Shown here piece by piece: positions 8,626 to 17,533 of a stretch of DNA of 32,000 bases. The notes beneath the pieces are model-generated. The model saw nothing but the letters and a program-made list of their open reading frames with translations, had not been told where the DNA came from and ran no database searches. This stretch comes from Trichodesmium erythraeum IMS101 (GTDB taxonomy: Bacteria; Cyanobacteriota; Cyanobacteriia; Cyanobacteriales; Microcoleaceae). Made by a program: the position numbers and the translations under genes. Numbering within the stretch: position 1 is the stretch's first letter; every line of letters begins with the position of its first letter. Location: positions 7,170,001-7,202,000 of the forward strand of contig NC_008312.1 in NCBI RefSeq assembly GCF_000014265.1. Reading direction: 5' to 3'.

Positions 8626-10887
8626 CTATCCTACTGCAATTATTCGAGCTAGGAAGAATGCCCAGGTTGTGACAATTCCGCCGAGGAGATAATGAGCTAC
8701 TCCTACTGCTCTACCCTGGGTTATGCTTAAAGCACGAGGCTGAATTGCTGGAGCAACCTTTAACTTATTATGAGCCCAAACTATAGACTCTATCAACTCT
8801 TGCCAGTACCCACGACCACTAAACAAGAACATTAAGCTAAATGCCCAAATAAAGTGTGCGCCAAGGAATAACAAACCGTATGCAGATAATTCTGAACCGT
8901 ATGATGTAATTACGTTTGAAGCTTGTGCCCACAAGAAGTCACGCAACCAACCATTGATAGTAACTGCACTTTGGGCAAAGTTGCCGTAAGTAATGTGACT
9001 CACTGTACCATCTGGATCTACTGTTCCCCAGACATCTGACTGCATCTTCCAACTAAAGTGAAAAATCACAATTGACAGTGAATTATACATCCAGAAAAGA
9101 CCCAAGAATACATGGTCCCAACCAGAAACTTGACAAGTACCACCACGACCAGGACCATCACAAGGGAATCGGAAGCCTAGTTCACTCTTATCTGGAATTA
9201 GTCGAGAGTTACGAGCATACAGTACACCTTTAAGAAGAATCAGGGCTGTAACATGGATTGTAAAGGCATGGATATGGTGCACCATAAAGTCCGCCGTACC
9301 CAAGGTCATTGGCATCATTGCCACTTTGCCACCTACTGCTAATACATCGCCACCAAAAATTGGGCTGACGGATGCTAAAGCATTAGGAGCAGTATTGCCA
9401 GGAGCTAAACTATGAAGATTTTGTACCCACTGAGCAAAGATTGGCTGTAGTTGAATACCAGTATCAGAGAACATATCCTGGGGACGACCTAAAGCCCGCA
9501 GAGTATCATTATGAACGTATAATCCGAAGCTATGGAAGCCCAGGAAAATACAAACCCAGTTCAGGTGAGAGATAATTGCATCCCGGTGACGAATGACTCG
9601 ATCCAACACGTTGTTAACATTCTTTGCTGGATCATAATCCCGCACCATAAAAATAGCACCATGAGCTCCAGCTCCCACAATCAGGAATCCTCCAATCCAC
9701 ATATGGTGAGTGAACAGAGATAACTGAGTTGGGTAGTCAGTCGCAATATAGGGATACGGTGGCATTGCATACATGTGATGTGCCACAATGATGCTAAGAG
9801 ATCCTAGCATAGCCAAGTTAATTGCTAACTGGGCGTGCCAGGAAGTTGTTAAAGCTTCATATAGACCTTTATGACCTTCACCACCAATTATGAGTGGATC
9901 TTTATGAGCTTCTAAAATTTCTTTCATGCTGTGACCAATGCCCCAATTTGTCCGGTACATATGGCCAGCAACTATGAATAATACTGCTAGTGCTAAATGA
10001 TGATGAGCTGTATCAGATAACCACAAGCCACCTGTTACAGGGTTTAAACCACCTTTAAAGGTCAGGAAATCAGCATATTCACCCCAATTCAATGTAAAGA
10101 ATGGGGTTAAACCTTTGGCAAAACTAGGGTACAACTCTGCCATCAAGCTTTTATTAAATAGAAATTCATGAGGTAGAGGAATATCCTCTGGTGCTACCCC
10201 AGAATCTAATAACTTATTAATAGGCAAAGAAACATGAATCTGGTGGCCTGCCCAAGACAGGCAACCTAAACCTAGTAAGCCTGCTAAGTGATGGTTCATC
10301 ATTGATTCCACATTCTGGAACCATTCCAATTTCGGTGCTTTCTTATGATAATGGAACCAACCTGCAAACATCATCAGGGCTGCCATTACTAAGCCACCGA
10401 TAGCCGTGCAGTATAGTTGGTACTCATTAGTGATGCCAGAAGCGCGCCATAATTGGAATAATCCGGAAGTAATTTGGATGCCATGGAAACCACCACCCAT
10501 ATCACCATTTAAGATGCCCTGGCCTAAAACTGGCCATACAACTTGAGCACTTGGTTTAATTCCTGTAGGGTCTGCTAACCAAGCTTCATAGTTGGAAAAT
10601 TTAGCGCCATGAAAATATGCGCCACTCAACCAGACAAAGATTATGGCCAGGTGACCAAAGTGTGCGCTGAAGATTTTGCGCGATACATCTTCTAAATCAG
10701 AAGTGTGACTATCAAAGTCGTGAGCGTCAGCATGGAGGTTCCAAATCCAGGTAGTGGTTTTTGGTCCTCTGGCTAGAGACCGACTGAAGTGACCAGGTTT
10801 CCCCCACTTTTCAAAAGAAGTAGGTACAGGGTCAGTATCAACAGTTACTCTTACTTTTGCCTCACGCTCTGGAGGACTTATGGTCAT
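8626..10887 (-). CDS. psaA: Photosystem I P700 apoprotein A1
   Basis: 753-aa ORF starting '[59 protein letters not shown]'. It carries '[18 protein letters not shown]'. Confidence 0.97.
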   Translation of the reverse strand: MTISPPEREAKVRVTVDTDPVPTSFEKWGKPGHFSRSLARGPKTTTWIWNLHADAHDFDSHTSDLEDVSRKIFSAHFGHLAIIFVWLSGAYFHGAKFSNYEAWLADPTGIKPSAQVVWPVLGQGILNGDMGGGFHGIQITSGLFQLWRASGITNEYQLYCTAIGGLVMAALMMFAGWFHYHKKAPKLEWFQNVESMMNHHLAGLLGLGCLSWAGHQIHVSLPINKLLDSGVAPEDIPLPHEFLFNKSLMAELYPSFAKGLTPFFTLNWGEYADFLTFKGGLNPVTGGLWLSDTAHHHLALAVLFIVAGHMYRTNWGIGHSMKEILEAHKDPLIIGGEGHKGLYEALTTSWHAQLAINLAMLGSLSIIVAHHMYAMPPYPYIATDYPTQLSLFTHHMWIGGFLIVGAGAHGAIFMVRDYDPAKNVNNVLDRVIRHRDAIISHLNWVCIFLGFHSFGLYVHNDTLRALGRPQDMFSDTGIQLQPIFAQWVQNLHSLAPGNTAPNALASVSPIFGGDVLAVGGKVAMMPMTLGTADFMVHHIHAFTIHVTALILLKGVLYARNSRLIPDKSELGFRFPCDGPGRGGTCQVSGWDHVFLGLFWMYNSLSIVIFHFSWKMQSDVWGTVDPDGTVSHITYGNFAQSAVTINGWLRDFLWAQASNVITSYGSELSAYGLLFLGAHFIWAFSLMFLFSGRGYWQELIESIVWAHNKLKVAPAIQPRALSITQGRAVGVAHYLLGGIVTTWAFFLARIIAVG

Positions 10888-11628
10888 GAAGACTCTCCTC
10901 TCCCAAAGACAATTAACTAAATTATTGATGTTGTAGAAGCTGATAAAAGTTGTAAAGAATTATCAATATCTTTTGCAAGTTTACAGATTGTAACTGCTTT
11001 TTGCTAGAGTGCAACATCACACTCCAAGTTTTCTGCCAACTATAATACTTAAATTTGGCTAAATTCTTAGAAATACATAGATTGGGTTTTACCAATTACC
11101 TGTAAATGCTAAGTTCTTTAGGTGATTATAGACTTGCTTGAGATGTTTAAGTTATATGTTTACAATTATTCAAGTTTCTTGATCAAGGATTATAGAGTAA
11201 ATTCACATTCTCTCAAGATTAAGAAAGCTATAGTCTTTGATTTGAATTGGTTACGGCAAAAAGTTAAAATTTAGCTATCAAGAATATACATTGTCGGACT
11301 ACCCACCCTAATGGACTGACACACCTTAAATTTTGCATAATAAAAATGGTCAAATCTTTCTCTTTTCAATAATTATACGAAAAAAATCTGATGCAAGGTT
11401 TTAGCTGTCTCAATCTACTAGAATAAAATTTAATATTCTTTTAACAAATAGTCTCTTAATCAAGTATTTTTTATAACTCACAGCAGAGAAAAAAAGTCAA
11501 AATATATCGGTTCAAATTTTACAAAACTTAAAGTTAATTAGCTATCAGCTTTTATAGCTCTGAGTATCCCCAGCAACTATCTATTGCGCCAGATCTTTAA
11601 AAGCAGTTGAAATCTTGTGCTCGTCACT

Positions 11629-11660
11629 AAAAAAAATGGTCCTACTGAGTTGTGACCATT
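11629..11660 (-). terminator. Candidate orphan rho-independent terminator (minus strand), ~750 nt upstream of psaA
   Basis: The minus strand reads 'AATGGTC-acaactcagtag-GACCATT-TTTTTTT'. This is a 7-bp stem with a 12-nt loop followed by a run of about eight U. No annotated minus-strand gene ends here. Confidence 0.4.
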
Positions 11661-11937
11661 GACTACTTCTTTAAATTAATTTTTAAATTTTATCGTAGTT
11701 CATAAGGATATTTTGGTATTTTCTCAAGTTCAATAAGTCCATCTAGTATGTTATTAAAGACGTAGTTTAATACTAAATCTAGTTTATAAAGTATCCCTTT
11801 GCGCAGATAGTGAGATGGGGGAGAACTCGGTGACAAGGGAGAAATCAACCGTGGACATTAAGAAATATTTACACAAAACTCAAGAATAGAGGTACTCTAT
11901 TCCATGGGAAGCTGTGGGTGCGATGATCAAAAATTAT

Positions 11938-12161
11938 CATTGCTGCATTAATTGTTTGGGTGATAAATTTGTCTTCTATATTATGAGTTTTAATCCTCCA
12001 AATTTCTACTTCCTTGTCCACTTTATCTTCTTGCCTACTAAGTCTTACCCATTGCTGCATTAATTGTTTGGGTGATAAATTTGTCTTCTATATTATGAGT
12101 TTTAATCCTCCAAATTTCTACTTCCTTGTCCACTTTATCTTCTTGCCTACTAAGTCTTACC
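11938..12161. repeat. Perfect 112-bp tandem duplication (2.0 copies)
   Basis: 11938-12049 and 12050-12161 are identical base for base ('cattgctgcattaattgtttgggtgataaatttgtc...ctactaagtcttacc'). The match runs three bases further (to 12164). Confidence 0.95.
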
Positions 12162-12358
12162 CCATGATCTCTTTATTACCCTTGTGAGGTAAGGGAGCAG
12201 GTGAGATACTTAGAGAAGATTTTGACAAAGTACATGCATTGAAAAACAGATTTGGTATCAATTATATCTGCGACTGAATTACAAGACTTTCGTACTTAAG
12301 TATAGATAAAATGTATTTAATTCCTTAATTTATTCTAAGTAAAACCCTTTATTTTTGG

Positions 12359-13666
12359 TTGAAAATTCTAGGAGTATCATCAGTGTTTGCCATAAATTTG
12401 CATTTCAAATATCTCAGAAAAATTATCACATTCCTAATTACAGTAGTGATAATATCAGGCTTAGTCAGTTGTAGCGATGACTTATATGAATCATCTCAAG
12501 TTCATTCTCAAAAATCTGTAACCACCTCTACCACCTCTAAAATATCTGAAGTTTCCCCACCGGAGATAATTCAACAACTGCGCCAAGGGATCAACAGATA
12601 CAAACCCCAATTAGCAATACAAAGTCCGCAGCCGGAGCAAATATTTGAAGACAACTATATTACTGTGCAACTCCAAGTCCAAGACTTACCTATATTCAAA
12701 TCAGACCTAGGCATAGGACCTTATATAGAAATTATCTTAGATAACAAACATTACACAAAAATCTATAATCTTAATGAATCCATTGTACTATCAGACTTAG
12801 AAGCAGGAACCCATACCCTCAGAGTTTTTGCCTGTAGTCCCTGGGATGAAAGTTTTAAGAATGAAGGTGCTTACGCTCAAACTACATTTCACATCTTTAC
12901 GAAAACTGCAAATAATAATCCCGCTCCAGACCTACCTTTGTTAACTTACAATAGTCCGGTAGGTACCTATGGTGCTGAACCTATCATGCTTGACTACTAC
13001 CTTACTAATATACAATTGCCCTCAATAGGGGGAGAATATCCTCAAGATGAAATAACTGATGGGCATCTTCGTGTTACTGTTAATGGGACTAGTTTCATAA
13101 CTGATCAGTGGCAAACAATATATTTACAAGGGTTCTATCCAGGAAAAAATTGGGTTAAGTTAGAATATATTGATAAATTAGGTAATCCAATTAATAATGT
13201 TTATAACAATACTGCTCATTTGATTACCTACAAACCAGATGGGGAAGATACTCTAAGCAAAATAATTCGAGGAGAAATTTCACTTAAGGAAGCGCTTAGT
13301 ATAGTTGATCAGGAATACATTTATAAGGAACCACAACTAGAAATAACTTCAGAAACAGAAGAAATATCTAGCGATGAGAAATTAGAAGTAGAAGACACTT
13401 TTGAATTAAAAACAGAAACTCCTATTGACCAGGAAGTAGAAGTAGAAGAAGTTTCTGTTGAACCAGAATTAGAAGAAGTTCCTACTAATGAAGAATTAGA
13501 GGAAATTCCCAACATGGAACCTACTACTGAGGAATTAGATGTAGAAGAAATTTTTGTTGAACCAGAATTAGAAGAAGTTCTTACAATTGAGCCTAAAACT
13601 GAGGAATTAGAATTAGAAGAAACTTTTTTTGAACTAGAAACAGAAAAAAATACTACTGATGAGTAG
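12359..13666 (+). CDS. Hypothetical lipoprotein with an acidic E-rich repeat C-terminus
   Basis: 435-aa ORF with a TTG start as given in the track. It has a lipoprotein-type signal ('KYLRKIITFLITVVIISGLVS|C'). The central domain has ordinary composition. The C-terminus has tandem repeats such as 'VEPELEEV.T..EP.TEEL.VEE.F'. I do not recognise the family. Confidence 0.7.
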   Translation: MKILGVSSVFAINLHFKYLRKIITFLITVVIISGLVSCSDDLYESSQVHSQKSVTTSTTSKISEVSPPEIIQQLRQGINRYKPQLAIQSPQPEQIFEDNYITVQLQVQDLPIFKSDLGIGPYIEIILDNKHYTKIYNLNESIVLSDLEAGTHTLRVFACSPWDESFKNEGAYAQTTFHIFTKTANNNPAPDLPLLTYNSPVGTYGAEPIMLDYYLTNIQLPSIGGEYPQDEITDGHLRVTVNGTSFITDQWQTIYLQGFYPGKNWVKLEYIDKLGNPINNVYNNTAHLITYKPDGEDTLSKIIRGEISLKEALSIVDQEYIYKEPQLEITSETEEISSDEKLEVEDTFELKTETPIDQEVEVEEVSVEPELEEVPTNEELEEIPNMEPTTEELDVEEIFVEPELEEVLTIEPKTEELELEETFFELETEKNTTDE

Positions 13667-14678
13667 TTAGAAGTTGAAGAAGCAAACTCACAGACTCAAG
13701 CTCTTGAATCTGACAAACCAAACACATCGAAAGAAAAAATAGGTAAATTAATAGATTATGTATAAGGTATGTTTAAAGATATAAATCAAGTTACTAACAA
13801 ACTGGAAAAACAAACTGTTTTAGCAACTTTAAATATTACAAAAAAGAATTGATATAAAAGAATAAACTCATAAAAATGAGCCTCTTTATCTACTATAAAT
13901 AGTATAGGAATTAGTAAAGCTAGGGTTAGTAGAATAAATGCCTCTGCAATAAACTTCTAACCTAACTTCAAATTTAGAATAATTTACTGATTCAAGAGAA
14001 GATTACTATATTAATACCAGCGCCAATTATCAATAATAATAAACAACGATATAATCATAATAAATTATCTATAAAAAAGTCTGATTTTTTGGTGGATTTT
14101 ACTTTGCAAAAAAGTTATGATTTTGCATTAAGTATTCATGAATAAATTGAACATGATTATCTTTTTTAATCCATATAATTACAAGAAATTAGTCAAGATA
14201 AATCTGTATTTTTTTTCAAATTTATACCATTAAAAATTTATAATTCGGCATCAGATATTATTCAATAAATTGAAATGGAAAATATTTTTATTTCAGTTGA
14301 AGATATAACAAAATTCAATTATATTTAAGTTACAAAAATAGGTTTATAAAAATCCAGTTTTCTTCTAGAGAATTGGTTTTTTATTCGTAAAATAAATAGT
14401 TAACTGATGTCTAAAGTTTTTGAGTGTAATCTCCTAAATCTTTTGGGTTCTATAACTTATGAGTTAGCTGTCAAAAAATGGTTCAAACAATTGAATTGGT
14501 AATATCTTTTTGAGTAACTTGTGATATATCTCATGGGTTCCCATTGATTAAATCTGGATATTTTATGAGAATAATATTTTTTTGAGAATAGCTAAAACCT
14601 AGAGGATGTTTATATATGGTTACAGTACTAAAAAAACTAACCTAATATTTAAGATGGCAAAAAATATAAAATCTAGAA

Positions 14679-15443
14679 TCAGGTATTAGTACTTTCAAAC
14701 AACCTGAGAATTATTTCTACATTATCAAATTCCCCAACAATTCTACGGACGGGAAGAGGCCAAACTCTTATCAAAGTAGGAGTTGCAGTAATTAGTTCTA
14801 CTTCAGCTTGTTCAGGATGTTGAAGGACATCTATTACTTTTAAAGTATAAGGAAGAGAAAGATATTCCTCTAATATTTGGTGAAGACTTTGAAGAGTCTG
14901 TTCAGTAGCAAAACTTTTACCAGATACAAATAAGTGGAGAACATAACCTTGAAACTTTGATTGTGAATCAATAGTAGACGTTGAGACTACCTGTGAAGTA
15001 GAATTGAGATTAATATCTTGTCGTTCAAGACATATAACAAAGTTATGATTTTCCCAGAGTTGAGGAAACTTGTCATAATAAGAAGAAACTACTATTGGAT
15101 TACAAAATTCCTCTGACCATGGAGCACATTGCCAAATCATCTCACCAGTATAAAAAATTGCATTAAGTAATGCCTGATATCTTAAGACTGGCATATAAGC
15201 TTCGGCAAAAACTTGGACTTCTTGAGTGTGAGGGTTTAGCCATTTATCAATAGTTGCAGTGTATCCAGGTATTAAGAAATGGGGTGGTTCAGTTAGTCCC
15301 AATACTGCTTGTAGCTCTAGACATAGGTGTAGATGCCATCGTTTTTTTTTGCTTGGGTCTATACAATAAATTAGATCTCCCCCTGGTGTAAACAAGGCAA
15401 TACCTTTGAATAACTGGGGAAATTTTAAAGGAGTCAGCTTCAA
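14679..15443 (-). CDS. Elongated KaiB-like protein (C-terminal KaiB/thioredoxin-like domain with a ~160-aa N-terminal extension)
   Basis: 254-aa ORF. The C-terminal 'YVLHLFVSGKSFATEQTLQSLHQILEEYL..PYTLKVIDVLQHPEQAEVELITATPTLIRVWPLPVRRIVGEF' matches the KaiB signature ('ATPTL....P.PVRRI.G'). The start is TTG in the track and the exact start is uncertain. Confidence 0.75.
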   Translation of the reverse strand: MKLTPLKFPQLFKGIALFTPGGDLIYCIDPSKKKRWHLHLCLELQAVLGLTEPPHFLIPGYTATIDKWLNPHTQEVQVFAEAYMPVLRYQALLNAIFYTGEMIWQCAPWSEEFCNPIVVSSYYDKFPQLWENHNFVICLERQDINLNSTSQVVSTSTIDSQSKFQGYVLHLFVSGKSFATEQTLQSLHQILEEYLSLPYTLKVIDVLQHPEQAEVELITATPTLIRVWPLPVRRIVGEFDNVEIILRLFESTNT

Positions 15444-15684
15444 GAAAATAAATGTAAAATCAACTGCAAACTTTGGGGTATTTCGGTTAAGCTAGCCGAG
15501 TTAAGACATCTGCTTTAGTTAACTTAGCTATATCTTAGCAAAGATTTAGCTGTTGTTAGAACTTACCAAACAATTGGGTTTAAAGCCTCGCAGGCCAATC
15601 GTGGGATTTTTGGTAGTGCATCAAGAAAGTGTGGGAATGGTAATATAATAGTTGTCCTTAAATACTTTCTATTATCATAGAATT

Positions 15685-16090
15685 TCCTCTATGTGGCCAT
15701 CAGAAATCTCATAAACATGGCCAGTAATGTTGTCAACGATATTATTGTCATGAATGCCTACAAACTTTCACCGATACTTTTGACACTCTCTACTATCGTA
15801 ACAATTCAACCTGAACAAATGCCCATGGTTCTATAGGCTCACGTTGAGGGCAGTAGTTGAAGAGGGATTAGTCGAACAGTGAATTTGGCCTATAATACGG
15901 TAGTTAGTTTGGTGAGAGCCGCCTCTGAAAAAGGACAAGTGATTCATAATGCTCATGTCCAAAATATCAATACCTCAAAAATCAGAAGTGATGAGTTTTG
16001 GTCATTGGTCCAAAAAAACGAAAACAGTGCCAGTATCAGGAATTGACAGAAGGGAATTCTTGGGTTGGCAAGCCCCTACGAATCAAACTT
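15685..16090 (+). pseudogene. Degraded IS1-like transposase fragment (zinc ribbon, HTH and start of the catalytic domain)
   Basis: Reading across frames and stops gives three pieces. They are 'FPLCGHQKSHKHGQ*CCQRYYCHECLQTFTDTF' (Cys-rich zinc ribbon), 'VEGSS*RGISRTVNLAYNTVVSLVRAA' (HTH) and 'IRSDEFWSLVQKK' (the D-E-x-W-S-F-V-x-K-K-type motif of IS1-like transposases). Multiple stops and frameshifts are present, and the fragment is truncated before pilT. Confidence 0.5.
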
Positions 16091-16212
16091 ATTTAAGTAT
16101 AAGAACTGAATATTTTTTAATGAGTAGTCAATGGTTCGCGCAAAACTATAGTAAAGATAACTCTTATTTATCATGTATTATATGTAGTATTTTTCCGTAA
16201 CTCCTGAACATT

Positions 16213-17502
16213 TTAAATTCTGCCGCGTAGCATTTGAGACATTTCGTTTGGGGAAGGTGACTGATTTATTGCTATCTCTTCAGTGATTCTACCATCTCGA
16301 TAAAGATCATACAAAGACCTGTTCATAGTAGTCATGCCTTCATAAGTATCTTTAAGCATGATCTGCTGAATGTCTTCATACTGGTCTTTGAGAATATACT
16401 CTTTCACTACATCAGTATTAATCAAAATGTCATGGAAAGCTGCTCGTTTACCATCAGTAGTTTTACACAACAACTGAGCAATAATCGCTACCAGAATTTC
16501 TGAAAGAGCTAATTTAATTGCTGGTTGTTCTTCAGCAGAAAACATATCCAGAATACGAGTTATAGTTTTAACTGCACTGTTAGTGTGCAAAGTTCCCATC
16601 ACCAAGTGTCCTGTAGATGCTGCCTTAATGGCTATTCCTACGGTTTCCTTATCCCGAATTTCTCCAACTAGCATCAGGTCAGGATCTTGACGAAGAGCAC
16701 CTTTAAGGGCATTGAAGAATTTCAGAGTATGTCTACCTACTTCTCGGTGCTTGATCAAAGATTTCCGACTTTCGTGGACAAATTCTACAGGGTCTTCAAC
16801 AGTTATGATGTGATAAGGAAAAGTATCATTCATATAATCAATCATGGCTGCCATGGTAGTAGATTTACCAGAACCTGTTGGTCCTGTTACCAAAAGTAAT
16901 CCTTTATGGTAGTGGCAAACTTTCTTAAAAACTTCTGGCAGCCTGAGTTGATCCATCTTGAGAATTGTTGCACCAATAAGTCTTAAGACCATGGCCGGGC
17001 CGGCAAGAGAATCAAACAAGCTAATCCGTATTCGGACAAAACCTAGGTCAGCGGCACCGTCAAAGTCTAAATTTTCCTGAAAGACGCGAATTTCTTCATC
17101 TTTGAGAATTTCTCGCAGCCAACTCATAAAAGTGCCTAAGTCAGTCTCTGGATACTCAATTGGTATGAGGTCACCACGCTTGCGAAATCTTGGTATTTCA
17201 TTTACACCCAAGTGAATATCTGAAATTCCCTCTTTTTCAGCCCGCCGGACAATTTCTGTCAATCTTACTTGTCCAGGTGCAAGTTCTGGACTTAGAGGAG
17301 TTGCTCGTTGCTTTGGTACAGTTTCCTTTTGAGGAATGATTTCCCTAGAACTTGGAGGTGATGCTGGTGAAGAATTGGAAGGTTTTAGAGAAACTGCTGA
17401 TTGTTTTTTTACTCTTGGAGGTGGTGGAGCTGGGGGACGATATGTTAGATCACGGCTTCCTGATCGTGATGTAGGGGGAGGAGGTGGCGGTGTTTGTGTC
17501 AT
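16213..17502 (-). CDS. pilT: PilT-family type IV pilus retraction ATPase with a proline-rich N-terminal extension (PilT2-like)
   Basis: 429-aa ORF. It has Walker A 'GPTGSGKSTT', 'ITVEDPVEF', 'ALRQDPDLMLVGEIRD' and 'GHLVMGTLHTNSA'. The N-terminal ~75 aa are P/S-rich ('MTQTPPPPPPTSRS...PPAPPPPR'). Confidence 0.85.
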   Translation of the reverse strand: MTQTPPPPPPTSRSGSRDLTYRPPAPPPPRVKKQSAVSLKPSNSSPASPPSSREIIPQKETVPKQRATPLSPELAPGQVRLTEIVRRAEKEGISDIHLGVNEIPRFRKRGDLIPIEYPETDLGTFMSWLREILKDEEIRVFQENLDFDGAADLGFVRIRISLFDSLAGPAMVLRLIGATILKMDQLRLPEVFKKVCHYHKGLLLVTGPTGSGKSTTMAAMIDYMNDTFPYHIITVEDPVEFVHESRKSLIKHREVGRHTLKFFNALKGALRQDPDLMLVGEIRDKETVGIAIKAASTGHLVMGTLHTNSAVKTITRILDMFSAEEQPAIKLALSEILVAIIAQLLCKTTDGKRAAFHDILINTDVVKEYILKDQYEDIQQIMLKDTYEGMTTMNRSLYDLYRDGRITEEIAINQSPSPNEMSQMLRGRI

Positions 17503-17505
17503 TTC

Positions 17506-17533
17506 AGTTATTAGTTATTAGTTATTAGTTATC
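17506..17533. repeat. Heptamer tandem repeat (AGTTATT x4; AATAACT on the minus strand), 4 nt upstream of the pilT start codon
   Basis: The sequence reads 'agttatt agttatt agttatt agttatc'. Confidence 0.9.

Noticed and set aside
9532-9723. ORF 9532..9723 (+)
   Set aside because: It lies antisense inside psaA.
10976-11176. HLR1-like sites upstream of psaA ('GTTACAAT-ct-GTAAACTT' on the minus strand at 10978-10995; 'TTTACAAT-ta-TTCAAGTT' at 11159-11176)
   Set aside because: - Only the first half-site matches in each case, and the second half is about 5/8.
- The first site is better described as a small palindrome (GTTACA-atc-TGTAAC).
- This is too weak to call in AT-rich DNA without a genome-wide background estimate.
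11869-12060. ORF 11869..12060 (-) across the 112-bp duplication
   Set aside because: - The repeat unit is not a multiple of three, so the two copies are read in different frames.
- There are no motifs. The ORF is likely an artefact of the duplication.
13321-13515. ORF 13321..13515 (-)
   Set aside because: It lies antisense to the acidic-repeat region of the lipoprotein gene and gives a serine-rich low-complexity translation.
15949-16200. ORF 15949..16200 (+)
   Set aside because: It is a frame-shifted reading through the IS1-like transposase remnant. The transposase-like peptide ('IRSDEFWSLVQKK') is in a different frame.
16687-17521. Plus-strand ORFs 16687..16899 and 17336..17521
   Set aside because: They lie antisense inside pilT. 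The second is the Gly-rich mirror of the proline-rich N-terminus.
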